Made by a program: the position numbers and the translations under genes. Below are positions 16,587 through 26,287 of a stretch of 35,954 nt of DNA, in pieces; the stretch's first letter is position 1, and every line of letters begins with the position of its first letter. The DNA is from an uncultured Eubacteriales bacterium. GTDB lineage: Bacteria; Acidobacteriota; Aminicenantia; Aminicenantales; UBA8522. The notes beneath the pieces were generated by a model. It made no database searches. It was given only the letters and a program-made list of their open reading frames with translations, and was not told where the DNA came from. The stretch lies in contig CAZKBY010000002.1 of the NCBI GenBank assembly GCA_964550915.1, positions 1 to 35,954 on the forward strand, written 5' to 3'.

Positions 16587-17594
16587 AGCGCTGAAGCGGG
16601 GGTAGGCGTCGAGCTCGAGAGAAAGCCTTACTTTTTTCTTGGCCCTCATTTTCTCGATGGCTAGAGCTGCCACCATGGCTGCGTTGTCCGTGCAGAGGGC
16701 GGGTGAAGGCACAAAGCCCACAAGCCCGGATGAGCGGGCCAGTTGCTCGAACTGCTGCCTCAACCTCTTGTTTCTCGCTACCCCGCCGCAGAGAATGAGC
16801 GAGACCGGGTTGAATTTCTCGGCGGCCCGGCTGAGGTTATCTAACAGGGCGCGGACAACCGCCTCTTCAAAGCTCGCCAGAAAATCCGCCAAGTGGGAAT
16901 GGTCAGCCGACATTTTCGTCTCGCCGATCAGCCGGAGGGCGGCTGTCTTAAGCCCGCTGAAGCTGAAGTCTAAGCTTGAATCTTTCATCCTCGGAAGGGC
17001 AAAAGAAAATTTCTCCGGGTCTCCCGACTCTGCCATTCTCTCGATCACCGGCCCGCCCGGGTAGCCGAGACCGAGAAACTTGGCAATCTTGTCCAGAGCT
17101 TCGCCAGCTGCGTCATCTCTGGTTCGACCTAAAAGACGGTACTGAAACCTCTTTTTCAGGAAAAAAAGCGACGTGTGCCCGCCCGAGACGACAAGGGCGA
17201 CAGCCGGAATGGGAAGGCCTGGGTTTTCGAGAAAGGCCGCCTCCATGTGGGCTTCGAGATGATCAACGCCGACAAGCGGCTTATTAAAATAATAAGCCAG
17301 AGCTTTGGCAAAAGAAAGACCAACAAGAAGAGAGCCAATGAGCCCGGGGCCTTGGGTAACCGCATAGGCATCGATACGGTCGAGTGTGAGGTTTGCCCGG
17401 CGAAGGCTCTCGCCGACGATAAAGTTGATCGAGGCAAGGTGCTGCCGGGAGGCGAGCTCGGGCACGACGCCGCCGTAAGGCGCGTGGATCTCATCCTGAG
17501 ACAAAACGATGCTGCTCAGGACCTTGCGGTTGCCCGTCAGGACGGCGGCCGCCGTCTCATCACAGGATGTCTCGATTCCCAGGACATGCTTCAT
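16575..17594 (-). CDS. tsaD: tRNA N6-adenosine threonylcarbamoyltransferase TsaD (Kae1/Gcp)
   Basis: 339 aa with VLGIETSCDETAAAV, GPGLIGSLLVG, VDHLEAH and VSGGHT. Confidence 0.95.
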   Translation of the reverse strand: MKHVLGIETSCDETAAAVLTGNRKVLSSIVLSQDEIHAPYGGVVPELASRQHLASINFIVGESLRRANLTLDRIDAYAVTQGPGLIGSLLVGLSFAKALAYYFNKPLVGVDHLEAHMEAAFLENPGLPIPAVALVVSGGHTSLFFLKKRFQYRLLGRTRDDAAGEALDKIAKFLGLGYPGGPVIERMAESGDPEKFSFALPRMKDSSLDFSFSGLKTAALRLIGETKMSADHSHLADFLASFEEAVVRALLDNLSRAAEKFNPVSLILCGGVARNKRLRQQFEQLARSSGLVGFVPSPALCTDNAAMVAALAIEKMRAKKKVRLSLELDAYPRFSATGE

Positions 17595-18634
17595 GGACGA
17601 TTGCCTCGGTCGCTCCAGGCGGCCAGGCTCCGCCGGTAGGGCGGACGAGCGATACCCCTTTCGCTGATGATAGCGGTGATAAGCCGGCCGGGGACGACGT
17701 CAAAGGCCGGGTTTCTCACCTTGATATGAGGCAGAGTGACGGGGCATCCGCCGGCCTGCCTGACTTCCTCAGCCGGCCGTTCCTCGATCGGAATCTCCTC
17801 CCCTTTCCGCAGGCTGAAATCGAACGTGCTGAGCGGCGCGGCCACATAAAAGGGAAGGCGATGCTGGCGAGCGAGGATGGCGATGGAATAGGTGCCTATT
17901 TTATTGGCTGCGTCGCCGTTCGAAGCGATCCTGTCGGCGCCGGTAATGGTGAGGTTAACCTCTCCTTTTTTCATCAGCCAGCCAGCCATGCTGTCAGTGA
18001 TGAGAGTCAATGGAATTCCGAGACGGTCGAGCTCCCAAGCTGTGAGCCTTGAGCCCTGGAAAAAGGGCCGCGTTTCATCGACAAAAACGTGGATTTTCTT
18101 CCCCTCCTCATGGGCTGCCCGGATGACCCCGATGGCTGTCCCGTAGCCGGATGTGGCCAGGCCACCCGCATTGCAGTGGGTCAGAATCGAATCGCCGTCC
18201 TTGATGAGGTTCTTCCCGTTCCGGCCGATCCGTCTATTCGTCTCGATATCCTCTCTCTCTATGGCCAGGGCTTCGCTGATCAGCCTTTTCTTGAGTGCGC
18301 TGAGACGACCAGATTTCGCTTCAGCAAAGACTTTTCTCATCCTCTCCAACGCCCAGAAAAGGTTGCGGGCCGTCGGACGGGTCCTGGACAGACGTTCAGC
18401 CGCTTCCTCAAACCTTCTATTGGCGTCTTCAGTGGACTTGAGATTGAGAATGCTGAGAACGAGGCCGAAAGCGGCAGCCACTCCGATGGCCGGTGCGCCG
18501 CGGATGACCATTTTTTCGATGGCCGCGGCAACCTCCTCCGAGCGCTGGCATTCCACGTAGACTTCTTCAAGCGGCAGTCGGCGCTGGTCGATCATGACCA
18601 CCCTGTCGTCCTTCCAGGCGATCGTCGGCAACAT
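17591..18634 (-). CDS. mtnA: S-methyl-5-thioribose-1-phosphate isomerase (eIF-2B-like family)
   Basis: 347 aa with RGAPAIGVAAAFG, HCNAGGLATSGYGTAIGVIRAA, VDETRPFFQGSRLTAWEL and ADRIASNGDAANKIGTY. 4-nt overlap with the tsaD start. Confidence 0.9.
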   Translation of the reverse strand: MLPTIAWKDDRVVMIDQRRLPLEEVYVECQRSEEVAAAIEKMVIRGAPAIGVAAAFGLVLSILNLKSTEDANRRFEEAAERLSRTRPTARNLFWALERMRKVFAEAKSGRLSALKKRLISEALAIEREDIETNRRIGRNGKNLIKDGDSILTHCNAGGLATSGYGTAIGVIRAAHEEGKKIHVFVDETRPFFQGSRLTAWELDRLGIPLTLITDSMAGWLMKKGEVNLTITGADRIASNGDAANKIGTYSIAILARQHRLPFYVAAPLSTFDFSLRKGEEIPIEERPAEEVRQAGGCPVTLPHIKVRNPAFDVVPGRLITAIISERGIARPPYRRSLAAWSDRGNRP

Positions 18635-18645
18635 GACGCTCCTCG

Positions 18646-20436
18646 TTAGTAAATCTGAAGCAAGGCAAGAAAAGCTTCCTGGGGAATCTCCACCCGGCCG
18701 ATGACCCTCATTCTCTTTTTTCCCGCCTTCTGCTTCTCCAATAGTTTCATTTTCCGGGTGTAATCGCCTCCGTAGAGTTTGGCGATGACATCCTTGCGGA
18801 AAGGTTTGATCGTCTCCCGGGCGATGATCCGCTTTCCGAGCGCCGCCTGAAGCGAGACTTCAAATTGCTGCCGCGGAATAATCCGGCGCAGCCTTTCCAC
18901 CAGGGACTTCCCGAGAGCGTAAGCCTTATCGCGATGGACGATTAGCGAGAGGGCGTCAACCTGCTCCCGGTTGATGAGAATGTCCAGCTTAACGAGCGGT
19001 GCTTCTCTGTAACCGATGAATTCGTAATCCATCGAGGCGTATCCCTGGGATAGCGACTTCAACTGGCTGTAAAAATCGAAGACGACCTCGCCCAGAGGCA
19101 AAAGGTAAGTCAGGAGCACTCGCTGGGAACCGATGTACTCGAGCTTTTTCTGCGAGCCCCGACGGCTCTCGAGGAGCTTCAGGACAGCCCCAAGGTAGCG
19201 ATCTGGTGTCAGGATGATGGCTTCGATGACCGGTTCTTCGATCTTTAGCACCTCGTGCGGCCCGGGAAGCTCGGAGGGATTGCGGATCTCGAGCGTCTGA
19301 GCTCCCTTGAGCACCACCCTGAACCCGACGCTGGGCGCCGTGCTGATTAGACTGAGCCCGAATTCCCGCTCCAGTCGCTCCTGGATGATCTCCCGGTGAA
19401 GGAGGCCGAGAAACCCGGCCCGGAAACCAAGGCCAAGGGCCGGCGAATTCTCCGGCTCATAATGGAAAGAGGAATCATTGAGCCGGAGCTTCTCGAGTGC
19501 TTCCCGCAGGTCTTCAATGCTGCTTTCCCCGGCTGGATAAAGCCCACAGAAAACCATGGGCTTGGCCTCCCTGAAGCCGGGAAGGGCTGCGGCCGCCCGC
19601 CGGTTTCTCTCGGTGACCGTATCGCCGATCCGGGCGTGACTGAGCTTTTTTATCCCGGCGATCATGTAGCCCACCTCCCCGGCCGAGAGGCTGGTCACCT
19701 TGACCGGCTTGGGAGTAAGGTAGCCTAATTCTTCAACTTCGTAAACAGCTTCAGTTGACATGAGCTCGACCTGGCTCCCCACCCGGACCTGTCCGTCGAT
19801 GAGGCGTAACAGAACGACGACACCGCGGTAGGAGTCAAACCAGGAATCGAAGAGGAGCGCCTTCAAGGGAGCTTGGGGATCTCCCCGCGGCGGCGGAATC
19901 CTCTCAACAATCGACTCTAACACCTGGCCGATATTCGTGCCCTTTTTGGCGCTGACCAGAATCGCCTCCTGGCGGGGCAAACCGATGATGTTTTCCATCT
20001 GCAGGAGAGTCTGCTCGGGGTCTGCTTGGGGGAGGTCAATCTTATTGATGACCGGCACGAGGACAAGGTTATTCTGAAGAGCGAGGTAGGTGTTGGCCAG
20101 GGTTTGCGCCTCCACACCCTGGGAGGCATCGATGACAAGAAGAGCCCCCTCGCAGGCGGCGAGGCTTCGGGAAACTTCATAGGAGAAATCGACATGTCCC
20201 GGTGTATCGATGAGGTTGAGGGCGAACTCACCGCCCGCCGGCCGAATGTAACGGAGCCGGGCCGTCTGGGCTTTGATCGTGATGCCGCGCTCCCGCTCGA
20301 GCTCCATCGTGTCAAGAACTTGATCCCTTAATTCACGGGCTGACAGAGCGCCTGTCGCTTCGAGAAAGCGGTCGGCCAGAGTGGATTTGCCATGGTCGAT
20401 GTGGGCGATGATCGAAAAATTCCTGATTCTTTGCAT
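18646..20436 (-). CDS. lepA: Elongation factor 4 (LepA)
   Basis: [31 protein letters not shown] and NKIDL G-motifs, and a LepA C-terminal domain. Start set at ATG 20436; the track's 42-codon upstream extension has no homology-like character. Confidence 0.95.
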   Translation of the reverse strand: MQRIRNFSIIAHIDHGKSTLADRFLEATGALSARELRDQVLDTMELERERGITIKAQTARLRYIRPAGGEFALNLIDTPGHVDFSYEVSRSLAACEGALLVIDASQGVEAQTLANTYLALQNNLVLVPVINKIDLPQADPEQTLLQMENIIGLPRQEAILVSAKKGTNIGQVLESIVERIPPPRGDPQAPLKALLFDSWFDSYRGVVVLLRLIDGQVRVGSQVELMSTEAVYEVEELGYLTPKPVKVTSLSAGEVGYMIAGIKKLSHARIGDTVTERNRRAAAALPGFREAKPMVFCGLYPAGESSIEDLREALEKLRLNDSSFHYEPENSPALGLGFRAGFLGLLHREIIQERLEREFGLSLISTAPSVGFRVVLKGAQTLEIRNPSELPGPHEVLKIEEPVIEAIILTPDRYLGAVLKLLESRRGSQKKLEYIGSQRVLLTYLLPLGEVVFDFYSQLKSLSQGYASMDYEFIGYREAPLVKLDILINREQVDALSLIVHRDKAYALGKSLVERLRRIIPRQQFEVSLQAALGKRIIARETIKPFRKDVIAKLYGGDYTRKMKLLEKQKAGKKRMRVIGRVEIPQEAFLALLQIY

Positions 20437-20501
20437 CGGGAAAGTATGATGGCAGAAACGCTCCCCCCAGTCAAACAGCGGGAATGTCCGTTGGTGCCGC
20501 C

Positions 20502-20530
20502 TTGACTTTTCACCCCAAGTAAAGTAATTT
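20502..20530 (+). promoter_or_regulatory. Candidate sigma70 promoter for tatA
   Basis: TTGACT (20502-20507), 17 nt, TAATTT (20525-20530). Predicts a ~65-nt leader. Confidence 0.45.
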
Positions 20531-20601
20531 TTGCCTGTAGGATCGACAATATTTGGGCCCATTGAGGAGGCCCTGCGGAGAACTCCTCAAAGGAGGTTTC
20601 C

Positions 20602-20805
20602 ATGTTTTTATTCGGACCGATCGGCCCGACTGAGCTCCTGCTTATCCTTCTCATCGTTGTCATCATCTTCGGCGCCCGCCGCCTGCCCGAGCTCGGAAAA
20701 TCCCTGGGCGAAGGCATCAAGAATTTCCGCAAGTCAATGAGCGGCAAGGACAAAGACGCGGGGTCCAATTCTGAAAAGCCACAGCCCCCGGCCAAGGAAG
20801 AATGA
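20602..20805 (+). CDS. tatA: Twin-arginine translocase subunit TatA/E
   Basis: 67 aa, [54 protein letters not shown] 5 nt upstream. Confidence 0.9.
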   Translation: MFLFGPIGPTELLLILLIVVIIFGARRLPELGKSLGEGIKNFRKSMSGKDKDAGSNSEKPQPPAKEE

Positions 20806-21905
20806 GACGGACGCTCGAAAAGCTGGCCGAGGAACGTCAGGAAAAAGAAAAAGCGTTCGCCCTCAAACTTGAAGAGATAAGAAAAAAGATTCATTCCCTC
20901 GACCAAGCTGCGGGCTTCCCTCGCTTCAAGAAACGCCGCCCGGACGCGGCCTCTGCCCGCGATCTTCTGGAAGATCTCATGGACCTGATCGACTTTCAGT
21001 CTTCGCTTATGGACGCGAGAGACAGAGAATGGGACGCATTAGGGAGTAACCATGTCGGGATGATTTTCAAGAGCATGGAATGGCGCGTCGAAAAGCTCGC
21101 CGCTCTGTATGAGGACGTCAAGGCGCTGATGAAAACGTTCCTCCTCCTTAGGGAGAAGCTCAGCAGGCTCCTTACCGTCCTTGAGGAAAAGAGGCTGCCC
21201 GAGGCAACGGCGGTTAAGGAAATCATTGAGCCCCTTGAAGACTGGCGTTATGCCGGGTTTGAAAACCGCTTCCGCGGCTCTGCCGAAGAGGTTAAGCATC
21301 AGCTCGAAGTTTATGTCTCTTATTTCCCTAAGGGAGGGAAGGTCATCGATCTGGGCTGCGGCCGGGGCGAATTCCTCGAACTTCTCCGCAAAAACGGAGT
21401 TGCGGCTGAGGGAATCGACATCAACAGCCAGATGGTCGAGGCCTGCCTGGACAAGGGTCTGCTCTGCCATAAAGCTGACCTCTTAGAAGCATTATCTGAA
21501 TGGGAAGATGGATCCCTGGACGGAATTTTCTCTTCCCAGGTCATCGAGCACCTGACGCCATCTTATCTAAAAAGCCTGGTCGAGCTCTCCTATCGGAAGC
21601 TCGTTTCTTCAGGCACTCTCATCTGGGAAACCATCAACCCTGTTTCCGTCTTTGCCCTGGTCGAGATCTACTACCTCTACCTCTCCCACCAGAAGCCCGT
21701 CCATCCCCAGGCGATCAAATTCCTGTTAGAAGCCGCGGGATTCGAGGACATCGAGATCAAGTATTTTATGAGCCTGGACAGAGAAAAGCTCAAGAATCTC
21801 CCCGGAGCCGATGAGCGCACGTCCATCCTCAACGAAAATATCGACAGACTGAACGAGCTTCTCTTTGCACCCCCGAATTACGCTGTTATCGCCAGGAGAA
21901 AATAA
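20802..21905 (+). CDS. Class I SAM-dependent methyltransferase with N-terminal coiled-coil region
   Basis: Motif [16 protein letters not shown] and [12 protein letters not shown] (Methyltransf_11-like). ATGA overlap with the tatA stop. Confidence 0.85.
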   Translation: MRRTLEKLAEERQEKEKAFALKLEEIRKKIHSLDQAAGFPRFKKRRPDAASARDLLEDLMDLIDFQSSLMDARDREWDALGSNHVGMIFKSMEWRVEKLAALYEDVKALMKTFLLLREKLSRLLTVLEEKRLPEATAVKEIIEPLEDWRYAGFENRFRGSAEEVKHQLEVYVSYFPKGGKVIDLGCGRGEFLELLRKNGVAAEGIDINSQMVEACLDKGLLCHKADLLEALSEWEDGSLDGIFSSQVIEHLTPSYLKSLVELSYRKLVSSGTLIWETINPVSVFALVEIYYLYLSHQKPVHPQAIKFLLEAAGFEDIEIKYFMSLDREKLKNLPGADERTSILNENIDRLNELLFAPPNYAVIARRK

Positions 21906-21907
21906 TC

Positions 21908-22831
21908 ATGCCGCTTTATGCTGGGTTTGACCTCGGCGGAACTCAGGTTAAGTACGGCCTGCTCGATGAAGGGCACGCCCTTGTTTTCAGGGACAAGAAG
22001 CCAACGCCGCCCGGCATCAAAGACATGTTGAAGCTCTTTGCCGAAATCTGGGAGGAATTGAAAAAACAAGAGAAAACGAAAATTATAGCCGTCGGGTTTG
22101 GCATCCCCGGCATCTTCAGCCTGAGGGAGCAGAAAATCATTCAATCACCCAACGTTCCTGCGCTCGATGGGTTCGACCTCCGCCCCGCTCTCGGCCGCTT
22201 CATCGACATCCCCTTCTGGCTTGATAACGATGCCAATATGGCCGCTTATGGCGAGTTCAAAGCAGGCGCGGGCAGGGGCGTTCAGAACTTGATCCACCTC
22301 ACCCTTGGCACAGGCGTTGGCTCGGGTATCATTATCGACGGAGAGCTGCTCCACGGGATGTGCGGCTTCGCGGCCGAAATGGGCCATCTCGTGGTCAACC
22401 CAGAAGGAGAAAGATGCAATTGCGGGTCGCGTGGTTGCCTGGAGACGGAGGCTGCGGCCGGGCCGATCATCCGGAACTACCGAAAGCTGGCCGAAACGCG
22501 GCAGCCCCTCACCGCCGAGGAAATCGCCGAAAAAGCCCGCCGCGGAGATGCCAGCGCCAGGCGGGCCTATGAGATGGCCGGCACTTATTTAGGCATCGCT
22601 CTCGGCTCGGCCATCAACCTGCTCAATCCGGAAAAAATCCTCCTCGGCGGCGGGATAATGGAAAGCGGCGATCTCCTTCTTCCCCGGGCTATCGAGGAAG
22701 CCCGGTTTCGGTCCTACAAAGCATCTTTTGCCTGCTCGTCTATCGAAAAGGCCAGCCTGGGTAATGACGCCGGCCTTATCGGCGCTGCCTCCTGGGCAAT
22801 GGAACAATTAAAAAGAAGAACATCTCTATAA
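21908..22831 (+). CDS. ROK family sugar kinase (glucokinase-like)
   Basis: AGFDLGGTQVKYGL ATP-binding motif, DNDANMAAYGE, and the ROK zinc motif GHLVVNPEGERCNCGSRGCLE. Confidence 0.9.
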   Translation: MPLYAGFDLGGTQVKYGLLDEGHALVFRDKKPTPPGIKDMLKLFAEIWEELKKQEKTKIIAVGFGIPGIFSLREQKIIQSPNVPALDGFDLRPALGRFIDIPFWLDNDANMAAYGEFKAGAGRGVQNLIHLTLGTGVGSGIIIDGELLHGMCGFAAEMGHLVVNPEGERCNCGSRGCLETEAAAGPIIRNYRKLAETRQPLTAEEIAEKARRGDASARRAYEMAGTYLGIALGSAINLLNPEKILLGGGIMESGDLLLPRAIEEARFRSYKASFACSSIEKASLGNDAGLIGAASWAMEQLKRRTSL

Positions 22832-22852
22832 AAGGACTGATTGAAGAAAGGA

Positions 22853-22882
22853 GGGGACGGTTTCTTTTTGGAAAGCGTCCCC
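22853..22882 (-). terminator. Hairpin terminator downstream of tRNA-Leu
   Basis: GGGGACG / CGTCCCC 7-bp stem with a 16-nt loop. On the minus strand it is followed by TCCTTTCTT. It sits between the ROK stop and the tRNA 3' end. Confidence 0.45.
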
Positions 22883-22887
22883 AGACA

Positions 22888-22971
22888 TGCGGAAGGAGGG
22901 ACTCGAACCCTCACGGCCTTGCGGCCATAAACTCCTGAGGCTTACGCGTCTACCGATTCCGCCACTTCCGC
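22888..22971 (-). tRNA. tRNA-Leu, anticodon CAG (type II, long variable arm); CCA not encoded
   Basis: Hand-folded from the reverse complement. Acceptor GCGGAAG/CTTCCGC, D arm GCG-GAATCGGTAGA-CGC, anticodon stem TAAGC/GTTTA. Loop CUCAGGA with U33 and G37. Variable arm GGCC-GCAA-GGCC. T arm GAGGG-TTCGAGT-CCCTC. 84 nt. Confidence 0.9.
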
Positions 22972-22989
22972 ACGAGCGCAAGCAGTTCT

Positions 22990-22995
22990 ATTATA
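22990..22995 (-). promoter_or_regulatory. Perfect -10 box (TATAAT on the minus strand) 19 nt upstream of tRNA-Leu position 1
   Basis: The plus strand reads attata at 22990-22995. No convincing -35; a G8 run (minus strand) lies just upstream. Confidence 0.35.
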
Positions 22996-23035
22996 GCCAT
23001 CCCCCCCCTAAAAATAAAGAATTCCAAGAGTTAAG

Positions 23036-24682
23036 CTACCATCTCATGATGATTAGGGCCCAGAGGGAGACGGGTTTGCGAACCGCCGGCTGGGCGTTTG
23101 TGCTGGCCTTGAAAAGTTCGCCTTCCTTCTCGAGCTCAGTGCGGACAGCCTTGTCATAATAAACAGGGAGGTCGAGGAACAAGCCGACGGTGAGCTTCTT
23201 CCCGGCCATCAGTCCGAATGTCCCGCCAAGCCATGATTCTCTCAGGAAGTTCTCCCGCTCGGCACTCTTCACAAAACGATAGATATCACCGTCCGCGACA
23301 TTGTCGCCGTAGAACCTCCTGGTCCAGGAAAAAACCTGATGGCTCCAAACATCCAGGCTCAAGAGCAAATCCCATGTTTCGAGGAGTGGCATCTCCAGGT
23401 CAGCCTCCGCGAAGTTGATGAAGGTGAAGGCGTTGCCGTAGCTCGACCGCTCCCAGCTCGTCTCCCAGCCGAAATTGGCCCAGCCGGGCGCATGGACCTC
23501 CTGTTTTCCCCAAGTCTCTCTGTAGTCGTAGTCTTTCCAAAAAAAGCTTGCCGAAGTGCCGATGCGGAAAAACCCGCCCCTATCCAGGCTAAAATGGATG
23601 ATAGGCAAAAACTCAACCGCATAGGCGTTTTCCCGGTAGAAATCCAGAAGCTCTGTCCCTTCAGTTAGGTAGCGCTGTTTAAGAAAATCTCCCTCGCCCA
23701 CAACGCAGCACAGAAAGTCGGCGTTTCTGAAAGCGAGGATTTTAAAAAGGTTAGAAGAGCGGAGGATCGTTTTACCGGTTTTTTTCTCGTACGAGTTTTG
23801 GATGTAATTATTCTGACTCGCCGAATACCTGAACTCATCCCCGTATTCGTTGACCTGGCGGAAGCGAAAGCCTATCTTGTGGTCTTTGACATCAGCACCG
23901 AGGACAACATCAAGTTGAGAAGCTTCTGATCGAGTGTAGGCATCCTGCCAGAAAGCGTCGATATTCGTTTTTGTGCCGAAGATGTGGTTGCAGCCCTGCA
24001 CGGTTGACCAACCCCAGTTGTACCTGTTCAGGCGCATCTCCTGGCCCTCCTTGACATACTGGAGATAGCCGCTTGGCCTCCCTTCGCGCAAAGACTTATA
24101 ATTGACGATCACCCCGACCGGAGTCCGTTTAATATGGAAGGAGGCGAGAAAAGCCAAAGACACCTCTCTGTTTTTCTGGTCGAGCTCGGAAGAAAAAGGG
24201 ATGAGCGAAGCGGGCATCTCGTAGGGAACAGCCTGACCGGAAGAGCAAAGACTAAAAGTGTCCATTTTCGCCGAGAGAAGCGGCACAATACGGATCGACT
24301 TAAATTCGAAGACGTACGGCGCTGTCATGACCTCGGGCGACACCCAGCTACCTTCGAAACCGGCCCGGGCATTCATTCCCTCTGCCAGATTTCCCTCGAC
24401 TGACTCCTGTGTATTGACGTAAGTGGGGCTGGGCGAGATCTCCGGCATGTCGAGATGGCCCATCCAGCCCCTCGTCCTGAAGTAAAAGAAAGAGAAGCTT
24501 GAATGAAGGCTAAAAAGCTGCGAATCCTGGGGAAAAGTCAAGAATGAGTAGTAAGGGTTGGGGCCGACGAAGCGGAGCCTGGCCTGGAGGCCGGAAACAG
24601 CGATAAGGCAGAGAAGGACGGCCACAGTCACTTCTGGCCAGCCTGCCGTTCTCTTATGGCTTTTGATCCTGTCTTTTTTCAT
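23036..24682 (-). CDS. Putative outer-membrane beta-barrel protein (548 aa)
   Basis: Signal peptide VTVAVLLCLIAVSGLQA. Long runs of alternating hydrophobic/polar, aromatic-rich sequence. C-terminal ...LWALIIMRW ends in an aromatic residue as in OMPs. RBS GAGGAG upstream. No family recognised. Confidence 0.7.
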   Translation of the reverse strand: MKKDRIKSHKRTAGWPEVTVAVLLCLIAVSGLQARLRFVGPNPYYSFLTFPQDSQLFSLHSSFSFFYFRTRGWMGHLDMPEISPSPTYVNTQESVEGNLAEGMNARAGFEGSWVSPEVMTAPYVFEFKSIRIVPLLSAKMDTFSLCSSGQAVPYEMPASLIPFSSELDQKNREVSLAFLASFHIKRTPVGVIVNYKSLREGRPSGYLQYVKEGQEMRLNRYNWGWSTVQGCNHIFGTKTNIDAFWQDAYTRSEASQLDVVLGADVKDHKIGFRFRQVNEYGDEFRYSASQNNYIQNSYEKKTGKTILRSSNLFKILAFRNADFLCCVVGEGDFLKQRYLTEGTELLDFYRENAYAVEFLPIIHFSLDRGGFFRIGTSASFFWKDYDYRETWGKQEVHAPGWANFGWETSWERSSYGNAFTFINFAEADLEMPLLETWDLLLSLDVWSHQVFSWTRRFYGDNVADGDIYRFVKSAERENFLRESWLGGTFGLMAGKKLTVGLFLDLPVYYDKAVRTELEKEGELFKASTNAQPAVRKPVSLWALIIMRW

Positions 24683-24856
24683 CTTCCTTGATCTCCTCTA
24701 TCTAATGTTATCTCAATTATTTAGTCGTGGCTGTCATGAACTGTGCAGGCTGGCGCTCTGCGAGAACATACTGGCTGCGGTTTCCGTTTTTCCCAGCCTG
24801 AGGCCGACGCTTTAGCTGAAGAACTTTGCTGCCATCCTTTGGAAGCATCTTCTACT

Positions 24857-25005
24857 ATGTGATTTTTATGATGGGTGCAGGGGGCTGCCCTGAAGCCCCC
24901 GTAGCGAAGGGGGGACCCATCGGTTTTCCCGATGGGGAAACCGACGGGACCGGTTCCCCGGGGCGCGGGGCCAAAGGGCAGCTTCCTGCACCCTATTGAA
25001 TCACA
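24857..25005. other. GC-rich nested inverted-repeat element (candidate structured RNA; family and strand unknown)
   Basis: Three coaxial closing helices: ATGTGATT/AATCACAT (24857-64 / 24998-25005), GGGTGCAGG/CCTGCACCC (24872-80 / 24984-92), GCTGCCC/GGGCAGC (24883-89 / 24975-81). They enclose at least three local hairpins: CCCCC-8-GGGGG, CCCATCGG-5-CCGATGGG, CCCCG-5-CGGGG. Confidence 0.4.
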
Positions 25006-25028
25006 TAAATAAAGATGTTTAGTCGTCC

Positions 25029-25057
25029 TTGACATTTCTTGAGTCGTAATTTACGCT
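25029..25057 (+). promoter_or_regulatory. Candidate promoter giving a near-leaderless start at ATG 25066
   Basis: TTGACA (25029-25034), 17 nt, TACGCT (25052-25057). The ATG is 8 nt downstream. No SD. Confidence 0.35.
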
Positions 25058-25065
25058 TGCTCACG

Positions 25066-26256
25066 ATGGTTAGATGCGAATTCAAGGTCAAAAGCAGGCA
25101 AACCGTGAAGCGCGTTATAACACTCTTGGTTATCGGGGCTTCTTTTATCGTTATTTTAAGCGCCTTGATTTTTGCCCTGGCGCTCCACGCCCGCCAGGCC
25201 AGCGGAACACCGCTTGTCTTCCGCAGCCGCGTCGTCTTCGACCAGCAGGGGCTCGGCCTTGAGGCTTTCCGTCTCCTTGTCCCAAAGGACTGGGTCTTTA
25301 ACGGCGGTGTTACCTGGAACTTCGCCAAGTCTCCGCCCGAAGCGTTCATCATCTATACAGTCACCAGCCCCGACGGGAAATCGGCCATCCAGTCGTTTCC
25401 CCACCTGAACATGTATTGGTCGCAAGATCCCCAGCATCAACATTCCTTCGCTCAGATGGGAAGCACGATCCTGCAGCCCCTGGATGCGATCAATTTCCTC
25501 CAGGGCCTCTTCATCCCCCAGGTCAGGCAGGGTGTGAGCGACCTAAAAGTCATTGAAACGCAGCCTCTTCCAGCCGCGGCCCGGCAAGCCCTGGCCGAGA
25601 ACAACCTCATGCTCAACATCTTCGGCCAGATATCGCCGTTCACGTTTCCCTACGAGACCCGGTCCGACGCCGGCCGGGTCAAGGTCGAGTACACCCAGAA
25701 CGGCCGCCTGATGATCGAGGACTTCACGGCCGTCATCACCTACTTCATCGCCAATACGCCGACATTGTCCGGGATGTATGCCCAGGGCATAAGCTGGTCG
25801 CCCACTATCTGCAGCTTCCGCGCCCCGGCCGAGGAGATGCCGGCCAAGATCCGGCAATTCCAGATTGCCCTTTATTCTCGCTTCATCAACCCCGTCTGGA
25901 GCGTTAGCTACACGAGGCTTTGCGCCGTCGTAACGCGCGAGCATCTTCGCCAGCAGCAGGCGATCTTCGCTCGCTACCAGCAGATCCGGAAAACCCTCCA
26001 GGAGTGCAATGACATCATTTGGCAGACCTACCAGAACCGCAGCGCCGCCGAGGACCGGATGTTCGACAACTATTCGCAGGCTTTGCGCGGCGTTGACACC
26101 TATGTGGACCCGGTCAATAACTGGAACGTCGATCTCCCGACGGGGTACGACAATGCCTGGACGAACGGCACGGATTACATCTTCAGCGACAGCCCGAGCT
26201 TCAATCCGAACGTGAGCTTGACAGGAAACTGGCAGAAGATGACACGCAAGCAATAG
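25066..26256 (+). CDS. Membrane-anchored periplasmic hypothetical protein
   Basis: N-terminal anchor VITLLVIGASFIVILSALIFALAL followed by ~350 aa of mixed composition with no recognised motif. Start moved from the track's TTG 25039 to the in-frame ATG 25066. The antisense ORF 25543-26352 is judged a shadow. Confidence 0.7.
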   Translation: MVRCEFKVKSRQTVKRVITLLVIGASFIVILSALIFALALHARQASGTPLVFRSRVVFDQQGLGLEAFRLLVPKDWVFNGGVTWNFAKSPPEAFIIYTVTSPDGKSAIQSFPHLNMYWSQDPQHQHSFAQMGSTILQPLDAINFLQGLFIPQVRQGVSDLKVIETQPLPAAARQALAENNLMLNIFGQISPFTFPYETRSDAGRVKVEYTQNGRLMIEDFTAVITYFIANTPTLSGMYAQGISWSPTICSFRAPAEEMPAKIRQFQIALYSRFINPVWSVSYTRLCAVVTREHLRQQQAIFARYQQIRKTLQECNDIIWQTYQNRSAAEDRMFDNYSQALRGVDTYVDPVNNWNVDLPTGYDNAWTNGTDYIFSDSPSFNPNVSLTGNWQKMTRKQ

Positions 26257-26287
26257 AGAAGAAGACAGGATCAATTGCGAGATTGCG

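Noticed and set aside
20437-20562. Upstream extensions of track ORFs: lepA from 20562, kinase from 5141, SGNH from 3047, MFP from 32858, and 25039, 12690, 27441.
   Set aside because: The family-conserved N-termini (for example [19 protein letters not shown]) or signal peptides begin at internal ATGs that have better RBS or promoter geometry. The extensions look like translated intergenic DNA.
22888-22971. tRNA-Leu as an integration hotspot for the accessory-looking genes to its right.
   Set aside because: The tRNA is on the minus strand, so its 3' end faces the housekeeping ROK kinase gene. I found no partial duplicate of the tRNA 3' half elsewhere in the window by eye. An exhaustive search was not possible.
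24857-25005. Identification of the structured element as SRP RNA, 6S RNA, tmRNA or a known riboswitch or ribozyme. The minus strand contains AGGAAGCTGCC, reminiscent of the SRP AGGAAGCAGCC.
   Set aside because: The similarity is limited to that one short string. The SRP domain IV loops, the 6S central bubble, tRNA-like ends and the conserved cores of riboswitch and ribozyme classes I can recall are all absent. It is left unassigned.
24720-25025. 9-bp direct repeat TTTAGTCGT (24720-24728 and 25017-25025) flanking the structured element; considered as a target-site duplication of a MITE.
   Set aside because: A 9-mer recurring within ~350 bp is not improbable by chance (rough estimate about 1 in 4). 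The sequences just inside the two copies show no terminal inverted repeats.
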